DNA of 64,000 nt from positions 186,001 to 250,000 of the forward strand of contig MU054212.1 of the NCBI GenBank assembly GCA_013239625.1, given 5' to 3'. A program made the translations under genes and the position numbers. This DNA is from Lama guanicoe. Taxonomy: Eukaryota. The notes under the pieces are model-generated. The model made no database searches, was not told the DNA's origin, and worked only from the letters and a program-made list of their open reading frames with translations. Every line of letters starts with the position of its first letter. The stretch's first letter is position 1. Shown piece by piece: positions 1 to 11,529 of the stretch.

Positions 1-330
1 GGATATTTACCCTGTACCTCACATATTCACTATCCCTGACTAATATCTATTTGTCCTTCATAACTAATTTGTATGTCCGTTTTTCAGAGATATTTCCCAC
101 AAAACTTAGAGTTACTTTTATACCTGCCTGACACTCTCATAATATTCTGTCTTAACAGTAAACTTCATTTCATTATAATTACTTGTTTAATATTTGTCTT
201 CTTCATTAGACTGTTAAATTCAAATGAAAGTTCAACATTTCTCTCACTAAACCTGATAAATCTCCAGTGCCTTGCACATTAGCTGGCAGAGTAGATCTGA
301 ACAAATATCTGATGAATAAACTAATGAAAA
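1..330 (+). mobile_element. L2 LINE 3' end fragment
   Basis: L2-type terminus 'ctccagtgccttgcacattagctggcagagtagatctgaacaaatatctgatgaataaactaatgaa'. Confidence 0.7.
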
Positions 331-1994
331 CATAAGGTAATTAACCAGAGAACTGATAGTGGGAGGGAGAAAGAAAACAAACAAATAAACAAACCGTAAT
401 GTTCAAAAAACCAGAAGGACCTTAAGGACAGCACTTTTCTATTTTGTTGACATCATGGGTCAAATTTTCCAGATGTCATTTAATTCCTCACTTTCATTTT
501 GCCTTTGTTGACAGAGGCTCTAAAAATGAAAATGGTGCATTTGATACCTTTGTCTCTGTGAACCAAGAAGATTCAGAGTAAATGCTTTTCCATAATGGAG
601 TTTTCAGAAGCAATCATGATGAACAAAGTTTCACAATAATTAAGTGCAGTATCTGATGATTCTGTTACTCTGTCTTGGGCAATTCCATGGAAGAGGGAGA
701 TCCATTACGCCTTGACCTGTTCTTTGTCACCACTGTTGTTTTAGTGTCAAGGTAAAAGCATGTCCACAGACCTGATATGATATTCATCATCCTAACTAAG
801 TCATGTGAACAAACAAAATTAGGTTGTGGCAATCAAAGATCTGGGAAAGAATGTTTGGAAGTATTGAGAGATTGCATGCTTCATACAAGGCAACGATGCA
901 GAGGTTGCAACATTTTAATTCAAAGTTGTGGATACATTGCCTAAAATGTAGAAGTGGCCTGAAGATTTATCATTCAGCCTTTATCATTTATCACTTTATC
1001 AAAAAGTAAAATGAAATGACGTGTAATGTTTCCTTGTAAAGTAGCATGCTTTATGGTCAGGTTTAGAATGTTCAACAGAAGGAGGCATTTCCAGACTAAA
1101 GCTAAGAGTCCCTTATAAAACTTTCTTTGGGTGGTTAGGAAGTCATTTATTCACCAAAGATTCAGTAGCATCATAAGATCCTAGATAGAGCTAAAAGTAT
1201 TCCTAAAGATCATTTGGGAAAATTCTCTATTTTAAAATCAGAAAGTGCTTTTCTTTTTCAACAGCATACACTATTTCCTTGAATATCATTTCTTCCTGTG
1301 CTGTTTGACTTCATTTGACTTCTGGCCTATTCATGCCTTTCTTCTTTCTCCTTCTGTCAGCCCCTCTGTGTGTCATTCTCTCCCATCAGAAGCCTGGACT
1401 CTCCCAGCAGGCATTTCAGCACAGCTCTAACTAGCAAACTAAGTCACCTTATACTCCTGACCTGCCTGTCCACCATTCCAACCCCCCAACTTTGGGCCAA
1501 CCTCATGTCCTCAAAGTCCTTTTGGACATTTATCTGGTAATCATTTCCAGCTAACTTCTTCACTCACCCTTTAACTGATTCAGAGCAGCAAGTTACCCAA
1601 CTCTGAGGGCTCAATGCACTTCAGAGCCATGCTCTATGACCTCAGGGGGTTCCCAGTTTTGCTCACGGGTTCTTAAATTCATCTTGTACTGATGCTCCGT
1701 TGCACTTCACACTCACAGAATCTTAAAATCACACGGTTTTGTAAATATCTAGAACACTAGAGTCCAGAAAAATCCCAGTCCTTCATTTTATTAATCAGGA
1801 AATGGAAGAAAGTCACACCATTAATGATAAAGGTCTGATTATAATCCAGAAAAAGGAAGTCCAAACTCCTTATCCTATTTTAATTCACCTGTGCCCTGAC
1901 CCTTCCAGTCATGGGTTTTCATTTCAGCATCTATTGCACCAACAGTAAATAATCATCCAGTAAAAACTCCCTTAACTTTTCCAATCTCTATCCC

Positions 1995-2220
1995 AACATG
2001 GTGGAGTGAAAAGAATACGGCCCTTGGTGCCAGAAAGACCAGGATTCAGTATTAGCTCTGTCGTTTACTGTCCATGTGCCAGTGGGGAAATTAATAACCC
2101 CATTTTGGCCTAAATGTCTCCACCTGCTAAAGAGCAACAATAGACTGGAAATCTACCCTGCAGAATTGTCTGTGATCGGTTGGGGTTCACGTGTGTAAAA
2201 CAAGTGTGATGGCTGGTGGA
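1995..2220 (+). mobile_element. MIR SINE
   Basis: tRNA-derived head 'catggtggagtgaaaagaatacggcccttggtgccagaaagaccaggattcagt' followed by a degenerate MIR core. Confidence 0.75.
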
Positions 2221-2329
2221 GAGCTGGCAGCTAGTCAACGGCGGCAGCTCCTTTCACTTTATCTCCCTTTTATCATACTCTTCTCTCTGATTCCAAAACT
2301 GTCCTTATTTTCCCCCACACTCTCCTCTA

Positions 2330-2540
2330 TCCAACCTTCTTCCCTCAGAATTTGTGGTTTTCATCTTCCTCTTCAAAATGAATCCCTCTTCCTCAGATTA
2401 TGAACCTGTTTTCTTCCTCTTGCTCTGGGCTCTGAGCCATCAGCTGTCTGTTTTTTCCTGCCTCTTATACTCCTTCTCTGGGGACTCCTTTCATCTGTCT
2501 TCTCACCTGCTCAGGACTCCCCTGGCCTTGAAAACACCCT
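2330..2540 (+). mobile_element. L2 internal fragment
   Basis: Pyrimidine-rich L2-like text, e.g. 'aatccctcttcctcag...gactcctttcatc...gctcaggactccc...ttgaaaacaccc'. Confidence 0.5.
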
Positions 2541-2777
2541 TAGGGCACAGGCTGCAGGCGAGAATGTAAGCAACAGGTTCTGAGCAGGATGGCTGTTTGA
2601 CAATGCTACAAGGGAATTTGGATATGCCTTCTTCCATCTGCATTGGAGAGATTTCGCCTTATTGAAGAGAAAGGTTCTAGCTTCCTTATTCTAGTCACGC
2701 CGATTTCTCAGGGGAAAAAAGTGGCAGTAGGTGATAAACCTTCATATACCATTTTACCATTACTCATTCACTCTTTA

Positions 2778-2921
2778 ACATCCAGATGACTTGTTAAAAC
2801 ATAATTCTGGGTCTCATCCTTAAATTTCTGATTAAGTCTGGATTAGGGCTGAGAATTTTATTTCTAACAATTTCCCAGGTGACGCTGATGTCCCTGTCCA
2901 GGGACACTGCAAGAACCATTG
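2778..2921. mobile_element. MER5A-like hAT-Charlie MITE
   Basis: 'cttgttaaaacataattctgggtctc...ttctaacaatttcccaggtgacgctgatg...aagaaccattg'; ends in a MER5-type TIR. Confidence 0.8.
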
Positions 2922-2929
2922 CTCCAGAG

Positions 2930-3076
2930 CCTTGCTACTCGAGGTGTTGCCTACGAGCCTCACCTGAGAGTTGTCACAAATGCAGGATCCAGTCCCCAGC
3001 CCAGACCTACTGGCTCAGAATCTGCATTTTAACAAGATTCATGTGACACATGCACATTAAAGTTTGAGAAATACTG
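2930..3076. mobile_element. MER5A1-like hAT-Charlie MITE
   Basis: 'cagacctactggctcagaatctgcattttaacaagattc...gcacattaaagtttgagaaatactg'; flanked by 8-bp ctccagag/ccccagat. Confidence 0.8.
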
Positions 3077-3084
3077 CCCCAGAT

Positions 3085-3270
3085 CAATGGTTCTCAATCC
3101 TGCATAAACATTAAAATCACAAGGAAGTATTTTTTAAATATTAATTCCTGGACCCTACCCCTGAGATTCTGATTTAGTTGGACTAGGGCGAGACACCACT
3201 CAGTATTTTTAAATACCTGGGAATCTTGTTAAAGTGCAGATCTGGATTGAGTAGGTCGGAGGTAGGGCTG
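3085..3270. mobile_element. MER5B-like MITE fused to an inverted MER5A1 fragment (~3214-3270)
   Basis: Starts with TIR 'caatggttctcaa'; contains 'ccctgagattctgatttagttgg'; then 'acctgggaatcttgttaaagtgcagatctggattgagtagg'. Confidence 0.7.
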
Positions 3271-3420
3271 CTGTTATGGTCTAGGGATCAGAAGTTAAGT
3301 AGCAATTCATTCCAGAAGGGGCCATTAATGATCTCCTCAGCCCCAGATTCAAGCATCCTTTTTCAGCCCTCATCCATCTTCATCTCTCTGCAGCTGTTAT
3401 CTATTCTTCCTGCTTTAAAA

Positions 3421-3594
3421 CACCAGTTCTCAGCTTTGACTACAAATCGCCATCACCTGGAGAGTTTTAGAAACTACTGATTCTTGGGTCCCACTCCCAG
3501 ATTCTGATGTAATTGGTATGGGGTGCAGCCTGAAAACTGGAACGTCTACAACCCCCTAGATGAACCTAAAGTGGGCAAAGTTTAAGAAGCACTG
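3421..3594. mobile_element. MER5B-like hAT-Charlie MITE
   Basis: 'atcacctggagagttttagaaactactgattcttgggtcccactcccagattctgatgtaattggt'; 8-bp TSD ctttaaaa (3413-3420) / gtttaaaa (3595-3602). Confidence 0.8.
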
Positions 3595-3609
3595 GTTTAA
3601 AACCACTGC

Positions 3610-4440
3610 TTGCAAAGCTCCTGAGATACAGCACTATTCTACGTTTTCTCCTACTTCTTAATCACTTCTTGGTATCCATCACTTGCTACTTCTTCTATCA
3701 CCCTGGTGGTTTTATCCACCACTATCACATACATGTATCTTGTACCCTGTATCTCTATCTGAAAGCTTGACAAGTTCCCCAACCATGCCTCTCTTGACTT
3801 CTGCATTTGGATTAAAAGTCCATTTATTCTCATAGTTACCCAGGCTCAAATTTGGACAAAGAAAAGTCTAAACACTTAGAGCTGGATTTCTCTTTCTGCT
3901 GCTTCTGCTGTGTCCAGCCAGAACCAGGCTGTACCCTCTCATCTCCTTCAGTTTCTCTGCTGCATGGCTTTTCAATTCCATTTCTCCTCACAGCTGCTTA
4001 CAGGTTGCATAGTCTTTCATGGCTACTAGAATAGATGCCAAAATGTCTCTGCTTCTCACCTCTCTCTCCTAAGCTTACACACCTTGACCACGGAGCCAAT
4101 GTCTTACCCCACATCCATGGCATCTATTAACATCTCACTGAAGTAGCATTCTCAGTGTCCCACCATGGGAACAGTGCAATGAATTATTTTACAAAGTAAT
4201 ATTCACACACACACATGTCCAGCCCACCTTATCTGGTGCATTTCTTTTCCTCATAGCACTTGTCATCTTTCTAACTTTGGATAATTTGTTTGTTATGTTT
4301 ATCGTTAAGTATCTGTCTCTCACCATTAGCATATAAGCTACATGAGGACTGAGATTTTTGTGTCTTTTGTTCTTTGATTTGTTTCAGGAACCTAGAAGAG
4401 TACCTGGAACTCAATCATCATTGGTTCAATGAATGAATAC
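3610..4440 (+). mobile_element. L2 LINE 3' portion
   Basis: L2 3' region ending 'catataagctacatgaggactgagattttt...aacctagaagagtacctggaac...caatgaatgaata'. Confidence 0.8.
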
Positions 4441-4989
4441 ATTTTAACCGTAGTCCGCAATGAAGATACCAGTTAATTATTCACAAACTAAGTTAAGTTG
4501 TGCTACCAAAGTCCCTGGCTGGACTCCCTCAAGCCCTTCTCCCCTCTGGGGACCACTCTGGACTTCAGGAGGTGGGACGGTGCAGAGAATGTGTGAAGAA
4601 GAGGTCAGGAAGGAGGGGAGAAGGAGAAGAGTCAGGGAACAGTCCTCACACAAGATGGTCCCTGAATCGATGTGCACAGGCCTTCATTTGGTTTGCTCTG
4701 TCTGAGTCTGTTTATGTGGAAATCCCTTGTCTGCTCACTGTTCAGCCCTGACACAAACTGCAGAGAGCTACAGGAGACAAGGGCTAACCTTGTTACTGGC
4801 TGAGGAGGGCTCAACAAGCAACAGTGACTTCTTCGGGGCCTCCCAGCACCAAGGACGCGCAGCACGCAATCTTTCTTCTCTGAGATTAACCTGGCCTGGA
4901 GCCACCGTAAACACCCAATCTCCCTTACAGGGAGGAAAGATTAAATATCTGATTAAAATTTTTGGCTGCTAATTTATTGAACTTGGATG

Positions 4990-5560
4990 GGTGAAGCGTT
5001 TGGAAGTCACATGACCTTCCCTGTGTGTCTGCTGTTGTTGTTCCGCAGAGAGAGGTCAGGGCTCCGCGTGGGCGTGCAGGGGCCGGCAGGCCGAGGGCCA
5101 GCTTCGAAAACTCAGAGCCGGTTCTTTCCCAGTCGGTTCGGGAACGTGCACATCGTCTGTGGCAGTTTCTGTTTCAACCTTTTACTCAGTTCTTGGCGCT
5201 TGGTGGATTGGGTTCATCTCGGCCCTCCCCCGCCTATTGTTCCGAGCTGCCCAGCGAAATGATGTCATGGGCCGCTTAAAAGTATACAGGAAGTCTTCAG
5301 AGCCGAATGACTTCAATATACTCAGATCCACGGACCCTGGCTGCTGGCGCTCTGTGGAAACCACACCCCGCAGACCTGGGGGAGGCAGCCATCCGATTCG
5401 AGCCTCTCTCCTCTCCTCCTACATTCTATTCTCTCCCCAGCCCCGCGGCCAGTGCGCCCACCCCTCACCTCTAGCCCAGGGCCTTGGACAGAAGCCATCA
5501 GCAGCAGAGGGAAGGGAAGCCAGAGGAGTAGGAGGTCAAAGGGAGTTTCCTCAGAAAAAC
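4990..5560. promoter_or_regulatory. CpG-island-like promoter/enhancer
   Basis: 27 CpGs counted by eye in 5041-5460 against a depleted background. Motifs: GTCACATGAC (5006-5015), ISRE-type AGTTTCTGTTTC (5164-5175), reverse CCAAT (5207-5211), GC box, TGATGTCA, CAGGAAGT, kB GGGAGTTTCC (5541-5550). Confidence 0.75.
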
Positions 5561-5764
5561 AGGGGCGCAGGACTCTCAGGAGAAACAAAGGTCACCTTTA
5601 TTGGTCTTTGGGTGACAGACTCAGCCAGTTTAGCAGAGCTGCCAGTCATGGCAGTGTCCCCAGAAAGGGCAAAGTGACAACCACCACAGGGGACTTGCCT
5701 CAACTTGCAAACTGCAGTGAGAGAGCTGCCCAGTGATTTAGAGTAAACAGGAGGCAATTTGCAA

Positions 5765-5990
5765 CAGGATAATAACAATAAAAATATGTAGAGGGCTTTA
5801 TAGTTTCCCCAGCAGGTCTTTATATATTCCTGTATGAGTCCATCGCAAAAACCTTATGAGGTATTAGCCTCATTTTACCAATGGGGATTAAACAGCCAAG
5901 AACTTTTTCACTTACTCAAGGTTACCAGCTGTCAAAGATGGAACTGGGACTCAAGTCCAAATCCCATGTACTTCCCAGCACTCCACTCTG
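5765..5990 (-). mobile_element. MIR SINE
   Basis: 'accttatgaggtattagcctcattttaccaatgggg...caaggttaccagctgtcaaagatggaactgggactcaagtcc'. Confidence 0.8.
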
Positions 5991-6340
5991 TGCTCAAATT
6001 GGAGTCCTAGCTTCCTTACCTCATTCCTATTCTTCATAGAAATTGCCCCAAATTAATCTCTGTCTGGCTATCTAGTTTGTAGTACTGCTCCATCTTATGA
6101 ACTAATAGAATTTTCCTCCCCGCCCCCCATAAATGACACAGACTTTGTGCCTGTCTGTGTCTGCTCAACCCTCCCAGACTTTGGGGATAACCGATTTCAC
6201 ATGTCCACAGACTGGCTCTTGCATTGGGGCTGGGCATTGCCTTGTCATTATTACATAAACTGGGAACAGTGTAAAAAAAAAAAAGGTACCCAGAACCACG
6301 CACGTGACTTTCTAAAGGCATTTTCTACAAACACATAAGG

Positions 6341-6938
6341 CAAGAGGTCTTAATTGAGGTCCACAGACAGAATTTAGGGGGTCTACTGAAACAGGGTGGG
6401 GTAAAATTACATCTTTGTTTTCATTCCCTTTTACTGAAATTTAGCATTTCCCCCAATTATGAATGTAGGCAGCATACTACATTAGTATTATAGTATCTAT
6501 GACTTTGTCACCAGTAGAAATCAAAAATTTTTAAAATCACATTTCATTTGTAGCAGATATCCCAAAATCCCATTTAAGCTCCTCACTACTTGGAATTACG
6601 GTAATTAGACCTGCTGCTAAGTCTTGTTATTTGTTTCATTATTAATGAAGCACATGTATTTTAATACCACAAATTTAATTTTTAGACATTTTGATCTTGC
6701 AAGCTCCTATGTGCAGAGAAGGAACCCAGCCCCCTTTCAAGATCCTTATGTCCACCTCGCCCTAATTATTTCTTGAAGTTCCTACAGATATTTCAGACTA
6801 CATTTCCATGTAATTGGCTTCCTTTGTAGTTCTAAGTATATTAGTTTTATTCATTAAAAAATTATTCTGAAAAGGATTCCCTAGGCTTCGCCAGGCTGCC
6901 AGAGGGGTCTGTGCACCAATAAAAGTTAAGAGCCCCAG
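6341..6938. mobile_element. hAT-Charlie non-autonomous DNA transposon (Charlie4a-like) with an internal ~100-bp insertion
   Basis: Degenerate TIRs 'caagaggtcttaa'...'ttaagagccccag'; internal 'actgaaatttagcatttcccccaattatgaatgtaggca' and 'aggcttcgccaggctgccagaggggtc'. Subfamily name from memory. Confidence 0.7.
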
Positions 6939-8011
6939 CTGCCATTTTGCTGGAGTTGAAGAGTTGAGTGGGTAAAGGCTTGGTAACCTGACCCGAGCCT
7001 TCCCATCACCTGCTAGGACTCTGGGCAGGCAGAACATAAAAATCAACAAGCTAAGGCCATGTCCAGTGAGGAACTGAGGAGACCAGGGAAGCTGTGCTCA
7101 CTGGACACCTTGCAGGGCTGCTGTCTAGGCTGATTCACACCTTCACACCTACCTCAGGAACTTACGTCCCATCAGTGTAAGCACTAGTGTTCCTTCTCAC
7201 TGACCTCACATCAGCACTCCTCAGGGCTACTTCATGGCTCTCAGCTACGCTGCTCACCTCCAAGGCTTTGCCTCTGGCTATCTCGTTAGATAGAGCAGGG
7301 TCAGGATGAGCTGCTCTATGTATAGTCATCAAGCCCGATTTCACAGCACATTTAAGTGGCAACTGTACACCTCTCTACACAACACAGAAGCCAACTTGAG
7401 CACCTCTCCATGGACCTCATTTGGTCTGTGGAGAGCAGTCAGGCCAGGGGTTAGAGGGATCTGCATTGTCAGCACTAGGGGATATGCACAGCTATTAGGG
7501 ATTCTTGCCCAGCCTATCAGCTAAGGTGGTATGATTCTACAAGACAGTAATATCTATTCACTATACACCAGCCATGCTATTCTAGATTCTCATTGCTCAA
7601 GTAACTAGAGTAACTCGAGGTCTCCCCTGGTTGATGCAGGCATAGTAACATTAATAGCCAATTCTCATGGGCTCATGGCCCCCTGTTGCATGGAAATAAC
7701 CCAACGCCTTTTCAAGATCCTTTCCTCTCTCCAGCCCTATTTATTGAAGTCCCTGGGGATGTTTCAGACATTCTTGTGACTCAATCTAGACTAAATCTAG
7801 ACTACCACCCCTGCAGCCTGATACAGGGATCCAGGCCTCTCTTTCCTGTTGACTTTGCTGTCCTACACCACCATGGCCACAGCCACAGCACACTCTTGCT
7901 CCCCTGACTGAGGACCGATTCTTGAGTACAGGTCTCCATCCTCCAGGCACCTGGCTACTCTTCAGTAGGCTGCAGAATGAGAAGAGCAGCACCCCCACCC
8001 CCAAGCTCCCA

Positions 8012-8025
8012 CTGCTAGAGGGCAC
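8012..8025 (+). promoter_or_regulatory. Candidate CTCF site
   Basis: CTGCTAGAGGGCAC versus consensus CCRSYAGRKGGCRS (one mismatch). Confidence 0.35.
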
Positions 8026-8324
8026 ATGGCGGGGCAGCCTGGGCTCAGAGATACTGGAAGGCTGGCATATGGAGCAGCACCTTCTCTTACACAGATAGCC
8101 CTTCTTACTCCAGAGCCCTGCAGAGCAGTAGGGTAGAGACAGGTTCAAGAAAAACTAAGCTGGCCACCTTAGAATTGCATCTTCTTTCCAGCTGCTTAAT
8201 GTGTCTTTACTGAGTCATGACTCAGATTTGATCTCCTTCTGCAGATACTCTTAAGGAAAATAAGTTGTGTAAGCCAGTGAGAAGATCTCTTGCTCTAGCT
8301 TTGTAGACTTCCAGGACAAACCTG

Positions 8325-8540
8325 GCATCATGGCGAGGTGGAAAGAACTTGGACTTTGGGGTTAGAGTAAACTCAGCTCCAGCTGCAGCTTTGACATTAA
8401 CTGTGAGACTTGGGTAAGATCTCTCTGAACCCACCTTCTTGTATGGATATGGGAACTAGTCTTATTTGCATTGAGGGCTGTTTTGAGGATCAAGTGGAAT
8501 ACTGGTACAATGCCTTGCACATAGCTGACAATTGACACAT
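8325..8540 (+). mobile_element. MIR SINE
   Basis: 'gcatcatggcgaggtggaaagaacttggactttgggg...actgtgagacttgggtaag...gggctgttttgaggatcaagtgg...ccttgcacatag'. Confidence 0.8.
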
Positions 8541-9954
8541 CTTCATTCTTATTTTGAATATTACTTTTTTTTACTTATGCTTAGGTGCACCAGATGGATG
8601 TAAGAAGCATTGAGGGGAGTTGTCTAGAATTGCATAACAAGCTTATCAATTAGAAAAATATTTCTTTGCTATTCACTCAGTTCCAAAAATAGAAATACAA
8701 GCAATATGAAGTTGTTTACATTATGAAATAACAAAAGATATATTACTGACTAATCTGCAGAGTAAAGTTAAAATTATACCATTTGATAATAGCATGTAGT
8801 AAAAAGAGTCAGGAAAAAAATTTACATTATTCATGGATCTGTATTTGGCAAGAAATAGGCCAACTTTTTTGCTGTATTTTTTAATAGTCACATTATAATG
8901 ATACTGAGGTGCTCTAGATTAGATCTCTAGAAAATGATAAATGTTATTCTTCTTTCATCTTCCTGTGTGTGCTAAAACTCAGGCTTAATTATCCACTTGC
9001 TCCATAAATTCAGTTCTCTGCCCTACATTTCCGTGCCTCATTGTCTTTATTCCAGACATAAAGTACCCTGGCTTACTTGAAGAGATGAGTGTGGACAGCT
9101 CTTCCCTGGGTTCCCACCTGAGACCAGGAGAACTCCCAAGCCTGTGCCCCAGGAGAGCAGCACTGCTGCTGTACACTGCAGGTATCCAGAGACCTGCTTT
9201 ACTTGTCACTGTCGCTTCCCTTCCAGTAACTTCCAAGGCAGCTTTCATTGTGACCTGCTTTGACTGGGAGACCCTGGGAATTCTGAGCAATTAACTCTAG
9301 CAAAATCTCACTTCTAAACAGACCTGGGGACAAAAAGTGGGCAGGAGGACCAACGGAAAGGGGGAATCTCCCTTCTGTGGCTCAACATGATTTGATACTA
9401 GGACCTTCAAAGTCTGGAAAAGAAAATCGGGTTGACTCATAAACAATCAGGGACTAAAATACTTCTGGTTTCCTTTTATTGTACTTCTGAGAACCAATCA
9501 ATTATGTTCAGCACTCTGGGTGATTGGTGAGGTTTTTTTAAAGCTGATTCAGGAAACTTAGTGAGTTTTCTAGACAGTTCTTTTTGACATTTCTGCCTAA
9601 TATTTGTCACCCAATTGTAAAGGAATAGAAGAGGCTCTTCCCAAAAGAAGGAAGCCGATCAGTCAGCAAGACTGCTAGGTAAAACACCAAAACAAACAGA
9701 AAAAGCTGAATTCTCACACATCACTACAGGGCCCATTTCCAGAACAGAACCTGAAAGGTAAGGCAGAAAGGAGGCTGGAGACACCGCTCTGGGGCACGGC
9801 CTACTGTTTAGTCTCAAGTGGCTGAAGTATGCCTGTGCTTCAAATGAAAGGATGTTGAGCTATTAAACAAGACCTGTGTAACCCTTAAATAAATAGAGAA
9901 GGGAGCCAAAAGCTGGTGTAGTCATAATACCTTACACTTCTTTAGCATGTGTGG

Positions 9955-10065
9955 TGTTGAGAGCATCTTCATAAACATTATACATTTTGATTGATTCTTC
10001 ATCACAATCCAATTAGGATTAGCCCCATTTCTCACAATTTTGTAGCTGAAAGGCTGCCAAAAAGA
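9955..10065 (-). mobile_element. MIR fragment
   Basis: 'ttgattcttcatcacaatccaattaggattagccccatttctcacaattttgtagctgaa'. Confidence 0.55.
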
Positions 10066-10689
10066 TCGTCTAAAAACAACTAGGGACAAAAGAGAAACTT
10101 TTCCACTCATGTTGCAGGTTCAGAAAAATGCTCTCCACCATCATCCTTCTAAACACATGCATGGAAATACTGGAGAGTCATCGTTCTTCCACTTTTCTTA
10201 CTCCAATGCTTTATAGAAGTCAAAACTTGAAGGATACTCCACAAGATCCATTAAAAAATAATTTCCTCTCCCTTCTTGTGTCCTGCTGAATTTGAGACCC
10301 CAGCATAAAGCTAACAGGTAAGATAATGGGAATAACAGCCCCACATGTTTACCATTTATCTCATCTACCAGGAAACGGACAACTAAATTTCATCGTCTGT
10401 AATAATTAGTGCTTGCCACCTAGATGCCTGCTAATTCTTTCTTTGATTTAGGAAAACACAAAAAGCTGTTTTATTCTGTAATATGTATACAGTTGCAACT
10501 TATTTTTTTATTTTTTGGAAATTGATGTGGTATAAATCTTAAACAACGATAACAGAAGGCAACAAAAGTCTCCAAGAATAGTATTATCATATAGATAGAG
10601 GTTTAGATTGATAGGCAAAAAACCAAAAAACCAAGAGTTTTCTACCGATTCGCAGCAACATTGTAGTTTTCTCCTCTCATCAACAAGAG

Positions 10690-10830
10690 GTGGTAAGATA
10701 GAATAGCTCTCTCTTGGGACGCGAAAGACCAGGAGTCTAGCTTTCCTGTGCCTGCAACTTTAGGTATATATAGAACCTCTGGATAGTGCTCCTGAAATGG
10801 GGAATAAAAACACATTACCTATTTGAAAGC
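10690..10830 (+). mobile_element. MIR fragment
   Basis: 'ggtggtaagatagaatagctct...aagaccaggagtctagc...tgaaatggggaataa'. Confidence 0.5.
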
Positions 10831-10891
10831 AAAGAACTGGATCAATTTGCTTATAGTCTTTTTATTTCTTAAGACCTATGGCCCTTTCATC

Positions 10892-11529
10892 CTGCTCCTG
10901 GCATATATCCAGAAGGAACCCTACTTCAAAAAGACACCTGCACCCCAATGTTCACAGCAGCACTGTTTACAATAGCCAAGACATGGAAACAGCCTAAATG
11001 TCCATCAACAGATGACTGGATAAAGAAGATGTGGTATATTTTATGGCTGAATACTATTCAGCCATAAAAATGACAACACAATGCCATTTGCAGCACCATG
11101 GTTGTCCCTGGAGAATGTCATTCTAAGTGAAACAAGCCAGAAGAGAAAGAAAAATACCATATGAGATCACTCATATGTGGAATCTAAAAAAAAAAAGAAG
11201 AAGAACATAAATACAAAACAGAAGCAGACTCATAGACATAGAATACAAACTTGTGGTTGCCAAGGGGGATGGAGGTGGGAAAAGACAGACTGGGAGTTCG
11301 AAATTTGTAGATACTGACAGGTATATGTAGAATAGGTAAACAAGATTATACTGTATAGCACAGGGAAATATATACAAGATCTTGTGGTAGCTCATAGTGA
11401 AAAAGAATGTAACAATGAATATATGTATGTTCATGAATAACTGAAAAATTGTGCTGTACACTGGAATTTGACACAACATTGTAAACTGACTATAACTCGA
11501 CTAAAAAAAGTTTAAAAAAAAAAAAAGAA
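10892..11529 (+). mobile_element. Young 5'-truncated L1 (camelid-type 3'UTR) with poly(A) tail and TSD
   Basis: ORF2 C-terminal remnant 'aaagacacctgcaccccaatgttcacagcagcactgtttacaatagccaagacatgg', 3'UTR and A-tail; TSD aagacctatggc(c/t)ctttcatc at 10871-10891 and 11530-11550; tt|aaga endonuclease site. Confidence 0.95.

Noticed and set aside
5159..5677. Longest ORF (172 aa) over the CpG island
   Set aside because: Non-ATG start, overlapping ORFs in several frames as expected in GC-rich DNA, and no recognisable domain.
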